Part shown: one piece after another, positions 59,737-64,000 of the stretch
Position numbering within the stretch: the first letter of the stretch is position 1
Layout of the letters: each line of letters begins with the position of its first letter
Origin: an uncultured Desulfosarcina sp.
GTDB lineage: Bacteria > Desulfobacterota > Desulfobacteria > Desulfobacterales > Desulfosarcinaceae
Reading direction: 5' to 3'
Assembly (NCBI GenBank): GCA_963674945.2
Contig: CAXXWQ010000004.1
Span: forward strand, 1,952,001 to 2,016,000
DNA length: 64,000 nucleotides
Notes under the pieces: model-generated
What the model saw: the letters and a program-made list of their open reading frames with translations, nothing else
Told to the model about the DNA's origin: nothing
Database searches by the model: none
Made by a program: the position numbers and the translations under genes

Positions 59737-60477
59737 ATGAAAGTGGAGCAGACCGCCGAAATCGGGTACGACGAAGTGGCAGTGGACTTTTGCTTGAAGC
59801 TGCCTTGCCTGTTTCGTCGCCTTCAACATGCAGCCATCTATCATTCCGAATCGGTTGGCCTCGGTCCGGAATCCATGGCACGAAACGGCGGCGTCTGGAT
59901 ACTGCATCGCATGCGGGTGAACATCCACCGCATGCCGATGTACCGAGAAACGATCACCGTTCGTACGTGGCACAAGGGGAGCACCGGATTCAGGGCCGGT
60001 AGAGACTATCTCGTTTTGTGCGGAGAGGAAACAGTAGCGGCGGCAACGAGTCAGTGGCTCTATTACGATCTGTCCCGTAAACGGATTGCCAAGATTGCTG
60101 AAGCCATCACCACCCCGTACGGCGCCGAAAAGGAAGATGCCCTCGATATCGACCGCGATATCAATACGATCGACTTCCCCATTCAAAAGGGAATGGTGCC
60201 TTCGCAGACGCTGCCCATCACCACCCGACATGGGGATTATGATACCAACGGCCATGTAAACAATACGGTTTACCTGGAATATCTCGATACCTTCCTTTGC
60301 CGAACCGATATTGTCTCGGGACGCATCAACCGAATCGGCATTGAATTCATCAAAGAGATCGGTTTTAATGTTCATACCATCCACTGTGGTGCCTCCCGAA
60401 CCGATGATGCCGTGTATTTCCGGCTCTATGATCCGTCGGCAATTTATGCAGCGGGATTCATCACCATGGAAAAATGA
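59737..60477 (+). CDS. Acyl-ACP thioesterase family protein
   Basis: WIL.RM, VRTW, ATSQW and DYDTNGHVNNTVY; double hot-dog pattern. Confidence 0.88.
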   Translation: MKVEQTAEIGYDEVAVDFCLKLPCLFRRLQHAAIYHSESVGLGPESMARNGGVWILHRMRVNIHRMPMYRETITVRTWHKGSTGFRAGRDYLVLCGEETVAAATSQWLYYDLSRKRIAKIAEAITTPYGAEKEDALDIDRDINTIDFPIQKGMVPSQTLPITTRHGDYDTNGHVNNTVYLEYLDTFLCRTDIVSGRINRIGIEFIKEIGFNVHTIHCGASRTDDAVYFRLYDPSAIYAAGFITMEK

Positions 60478-60489
60478 AGACAGATCGAT

Positions 60490-60675
60490 ATGGACTATTT
60501 TCTCTGCGTTATTGGCATGGTGATGATTGTGGAAGGCGTTCCCTACTTTGCCGCACCGGCCCGAATGAAGGTGTGGATGGCGAAGATCATGGAAATGGCA
60601 CCAGGCTCCCTCCGTCGCATCGGCCTGGTAATGATGGTGGTCGGATTGTTTCTCGTATATTTGGGGCGCCGATAA
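60490..60675 (+). CDS. DUF2065 family small membrane protein
   Basis: IGMVMIVEGVPYFAAP...LRRIGL; 61 aa. Confidence 0.85.
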   Translation: MDYFLCVIGMVMIVEGVPYFAAPARMKVWMAKIMEMAPGSLRRIGLVMMVVGLFLVYLGRR

Positions 60676-60685
60676 AAGGCTTTGC

Positions 60686-61273
60686 CTATCCGTTCTTATA
60701 AAGGTAGAAAAATTTCATCACCCGCTTCACGTACGCTTCGGTCTCCGGATAGGGGGGAATGCCCCGAAATCGATCCACTGCCTTTGGCCCTGCATTGTAC
60801 GCCGCAAGGGCCAACGCCACGTGTCCGTCAAACCGATGGATCAACGTTTTCAGATATCGTGCCCCCCCCATGATATTCTGATAGGGATCGAAGGGATCGT
60901 TTACCCGAAGAACCGATAGGTTTTGCGGCATGATCTGCATCAGTCCCATGGCCCCTTTTTTCGACACCGCCTTGGGATCGAATGCCGACTCGGCGCGAAT
61001 CACGGCCTTGAGAAGAAGAGAATCCACGCCATGAATTTCGGCAGCCTCCTCGATGTATCGATCGTAACGATCGGCATCGATTAAAAAGTTTCGGCATTGG
61101 GGGCGATCCTTGATGTAGACTTTATATTTGCCGGATGTGGGAACATTGGTAAAATGCATGACCCCCTGACTGTCGATGTATCGATAGATGTCGGCCGACA
61201 CCGGGGTGGCCAACACGAAAACGACACACACGGCACACCGAAGAGACCACCACGTTTTCATCCTTTTGGTCAT
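60686..61273 (-). CDS. Lytic transglycosylase (SLT) with an N-terminal DUF4124-like domain
   Basis: ADIYRYIDSQGVMHFTNVP; AVIRAESAF, GAMGLMQ, ALAAYNAG, ETEAYV. Confidence 0.92.
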   Translation of the reverse strand: MTKRMKTWWSLRCAVCVVFVLATPVSADIYRYIDSQGVMHFTNVPTSGKYKVYIKDRPQCRNFLIDADRYDRYIEEAAEIHGVDSLLLKAVIRAESAFDPKAVSKKGAMGLMQIMPQNLSVLRVNDPFDPYQNIMGGARYLKTLIHRFDGHVALALAAYNAGPKAVDRFRGIPPYPETEAYVKRVMKFFYLYKNG

Positions 61274-61588
61274 AGACCCGATACCATTGCAATATATGAT
61301 CGATGGTTCAGCATTTCAACGGCCCGGCACACTTTGCCGGCGTTGTGTCTCATCCATAAAGTATCGGCACCATGGGCGAATCAGTTAAATCATTTCTCCA
61401 TCCACAGCGGTGAAATGGGACGGACTTCCCAAAGCCACCTGCGGGACCTTGACACCCCATCGATTTTTCGCTTATAGAGCGGTTCAATTGTGGCGACAAT
61501 CCACAAGTGCCTGCCCTCCCCTTTTTTATCCGGCCACCGTTGAAGAGGAGGGATAGGGATTTCAATGCTCTAACTTCGAGGAGATGAC

Positions 61589-62908
61589 ATGACCGCTCAC
61601 ACATCCGCTGCAGATTATCGGTTTCGTCCCCAGGGTAGCCTGGTGGGCGCCCAGATGCTGTTCGTCGCCTTCGGTGCCTTGGTCCTGGTTCCACTGCTCA
61701 CCGGTTTGAATCCGAACGTCGCCCTGTTTACCGCCGGTGTTGGTACGCTGATATTTCAGGCCATTACCAAAGGAAAAGTGCCCATTTTCTTGGCTTCTTC
61801 CTTCGCATTCATCGCACCGATCATCTACGGCGTCAACACCTGGGGCATTCCCGGCACGATGTGCGGGCTGGCTGCGGCCGGACTGCTCTATGTGGTGCTC
61901 AGCCTATGTGTCAAAGTTTTCGGCGCCGGCTTCTTGCATCGGCTTCTTCCACCCGTCGTGGTGGGACCGGTGATCATGGTGATCGGGCTGGTATTGGCCC
62001 CGGTGGCCGTCCACATGGCCATGGGGCGAACCGGGGACGGCAGCGCATGGCTGGTTCCCCAGGGCACGGCCATGATCATTGCCGGCATCGCCCTTTTGAC
62101 GACCATCCTGACCTCTTTGCTTGGAAAGGGGTGGTTCCGTCTGATCCCCATCTTGATCGGTATCGGTGTCGGCTACCTGGCGGCCCTCGTTCTCGATTTT
62201 TCCGGCATTTCGAACAGTATCCAGGCAGGGTTCGACCCCGGCAATCTGAAAAACTTTACCGGCCCTATGCTTATCAGCTTCAAACCGTTGGCGGAGGCCC
62301 GATGGTTCGCCGTTCCCGACTTCGTCTTTCCCCAGTGGAACCTGCAGGCCGTCCTCTTCATCGTACCGGTGGCCATCGCACCGGCCATCGAACATTTCGG
62401 TGACATTCTCGCCATCGGGGGTGTAACGGGCAAGGATTACGTACAAGATCCGGGAATCCATCGCACCATGATGGGCGATGGTATCGCTACTTCCGTCGCC
62501 TCCTTTTTGGGAGGGCCACCCAACACGACCTATAGTGAAGTGACCGGTGCCGTGACCCTCACCCGGATGTTCAATCCTGCCATCATGACCTGGGCCGCCA
62601 TTTTTGCCATCATCCTTGCCTTTGTCGGAAAAATGGGCGCCCTGCTGCAGACCATACCGGTTCCGGTGATGGGTGGTATCATGCTCCTGCTTTTCGGTGC
62701 CATCACCGTGGTGGGATTGAACACACTGGTCAAAGCCGGTGAAGACCTGACCGCCCCCCGAAACCTCACCATCGTTGCACTGATTCTGGTATGCGGCATC
62801 GGCGGAATGGTACTTCCCATTGGCAAATTCACATTGGGCGGCATCGGTTTGTCCGGAATCATCGGTGTCTTGCTCAACCTTGTGCTTCCGGTAAAGAAGG
62901 AGGCCTGA
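61589..62908 (+). CDS. uraA: Uracil/xanthine permease (NCS2)
   Basis: QMLFVAFGALVLVP, LASSFAFI, EHFGD, PPNTTYSE, PVMGG. Confidence 0.92.
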   Translation: MTAHTSAADYRFRPQGSLVGAQMLFVAFGALVLVPLLTGLNPNVALFTAGVGTLIFQAITKGKVPIFLASSFAFIAPIIYGVNTWGIPGTMCGLAAAGLLYVVLSLCVKVFGAGFLHRLLPPVVVGPVIMVIGLVLAPVAVHMAMGRTGDGSAWLVPQGTAMIIAGIALLTTILTSLLGKGWFRLIPILIGIGVGYLAALVLDFSGISNSIQAGFDPGNLKNFTGPMLISFKPLAEARWFAVPDFVFPQWNLQAVLFIVPVAIAPAIEHFGDILAIGGVTGKDYVQDPGIHRTMMGDGIATSVASFLGGPPNTTYSEVTGAVTLTRMFNPAIMTWAAIFAIILAFVGKMGALLQTIPVPVMGGIMLLLFGAITVVGLNTLVKAGEDLTAPRNLTIVALILVCGIGGMVLPIGKFTLGGIGLSGIIGVLLNLVLPVKKEA

Positions 62909-62916
62909 TTCCACCT

Positions 62917-63687
62917 TTGTCCAGATGCCCACGAGATAATGGTACAGCATTCAGGGACACCATCTATCGTGAAGGAAAAGGGCCGGTACCACCCTTTTCC
63001 TTCAACGCCGAAGTGGCTGAAGTATTCGACGACATGATCAATCGGTCGGTGCCCATGTACGGTGAAATCATCCATCAACAGGCCCGGATGATCATCCGAA
63101 TGATTGAAATGGATGGTGGCGATCATCATTTTCGAATCTTCGATCTGGGATGCTCCACGGGGAACCTGGCGTTGGCATTGTGCAAATGCTTGCCCGCCGG
63201 TGCGTTTCACATGATCGCCGTTGACAATTCCTTGCCCATGCTGGAGATCTTTAAGAAACGGTTGCGGAACGCAGGGCGATCCAACGATGCCTCCTGCGTG
63301 TGCCAGGACATCGGCCAGGTTTCCATCCAAGGCGCCAGGGTCATAGCGGTAAATTTCACCCTTCAGTTCCTTGCCCCGGAAAACCGGGATGAGATGCTCC
63401 AGCGAATCTTTGATGGCCTGATGCCCGGCGGCGCCTTGCTCCTTTCGGAAAAAACCGTTCATCCAGACCGGACATTATCGAAATTGGAGGTGGATTTTCA
63501 CCACCGCTTCAAACGGGACCAAGGCTATTCGGAAATGGAAATCAGCCAGAAACGGGAAGCGCTGGAGAACGTCCTCGTCCCGGAAACCGTGGAACGCCAC
63601 CGTGAAAGGCTCCTGAGGTGCGGTTTCTCGGCCATTGACCTATGGCTCAAATGGTTCAACTTCTGCTCGTGGATCTGCATCAAATGA
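62917..63687 (+). CDS. cmoA: Carboxy-S-adenosyl-L-methionine synthase
   Basis: FSFNAEVAEVFDDMINRSVP.Y, DLGCSTG, NFTLQF, EISQKREALENV. The start is uncertain; TTG 62917 was chosen. Confidence 0.93.
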   Translation: MSRCPRDNGTAFRDTIYREGKGPVPPFSFNAEVAEVFDDMINRSVPMYGEIIHQQARMIIRMIEMDGGDHHFRIFDLGCSTGNLALALCKCLPAGAFHMIAVDNSLPMLEIFKKRLRNAGRSNDASCVCQDIGQVSIQGARVIAVNFTLQFLAPENRDEMLQRIFDGLMPGGALLLSEKTVHPDRTLSKLEVDFHHRFKRDQGYSEMEISQKREALENVLVPETVERHRERLLRCGFSAIDLWLKWFNFCSWICIK

Positions 63688-64000
63688 ATCGGCTGGATGC
63701 CCTGGCCAAGGATCCTCGCATCTTTCCCTTCCTGAAAGAACTGATGGAGAAGGTGGATCGGCGAAATCGAGAAATTTTCGAAAAAAACAAAAAAGGCATC
63801 GCCCTTGCCCGCACACTGAAAAAACTTCCCGATGTGAGGCCTTCATCCGCGGACGTGACCCTTTCCCGGATTCGTGTCGGCTCGGCGAAAGAAATGGATG
63901 CTGCCCAGCGCACCGTTCTTCGTTCGGCACTGTACGATTTGAAGCCCTGGCGAAAGGGCCCCTTCGAGATTTTCGGCATTCCCATCGACAGCGAGTGGGA
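63684..64000 (+). CDS. cmoB: tRNA U34 carboxymethyltransferase, 5' part (runs off the window)
   Basis: ATGA overlap with cmoA; translates to MNRLDALAK...LKPWRKGPFEIFGIPIDSEW. Confidence 0.9.
   Translation, partial: MNRLDALAKDPRIFPFLKELMEKVDRRNREIFEKNKKGIALARTLKKLPDVRPSSADVTLSRIRVGSAKEMDAAQRTVLRSALYDLKPWRKGPFEIFGIPIDSEW

Overview
Gene-dense, moderately GC-rich chromosomal window from an anaerobic bacterium. Gene content and intergenic repeats suggest a Desulfobacterales-like member of Desulfobacterota; this is inference. From left to right: (1) a decayed AT-rich edge; (2) a short/branched-chain acyl-CoA cluster (TetR, two acyl-CoA dehydrogenases, icmF, hbd, XRE-cupin, ACT protein); (3) a 2-hydroxyacid dehydrogenase pseudogene and an MFS pump; (4) two adjacent, co-oriented [NiFe]-hydrogenase operons (group 3b and Ech) with near-identical sigma54-type promoters and universal stress proteins; (5) an aromatic amino acid operon (pheA-aroA-aroC-aminotransferase-tyrA-second dehydratase, then mntP) behind a Phe/Tyr leader-peptide attenuator that is missing from the ORF track; (6) an internally deleted, TIR-flanked Y1-transposase element and pyrC; (7) a large protein with an atypical class III nucleotide cyclase domain, convergent on a stand-alone cNMP-binding gene; (8) hisE-hisG, rhodanese/YyaL, mutY and a HEAT-receiver protein; (9) a porin plus secreted diheme surface-protein operon; (10) a GntR/corrinoid pair, rnfCDGEAB, uraA, cmoA and a partial cmoB. 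Two related families of palindromic intergenic elements occur six times. No rRNA, tRNA or CRISPR array was seen. All calls come from motif recognition by eye; no database searches were run, and start codons were refined manually.
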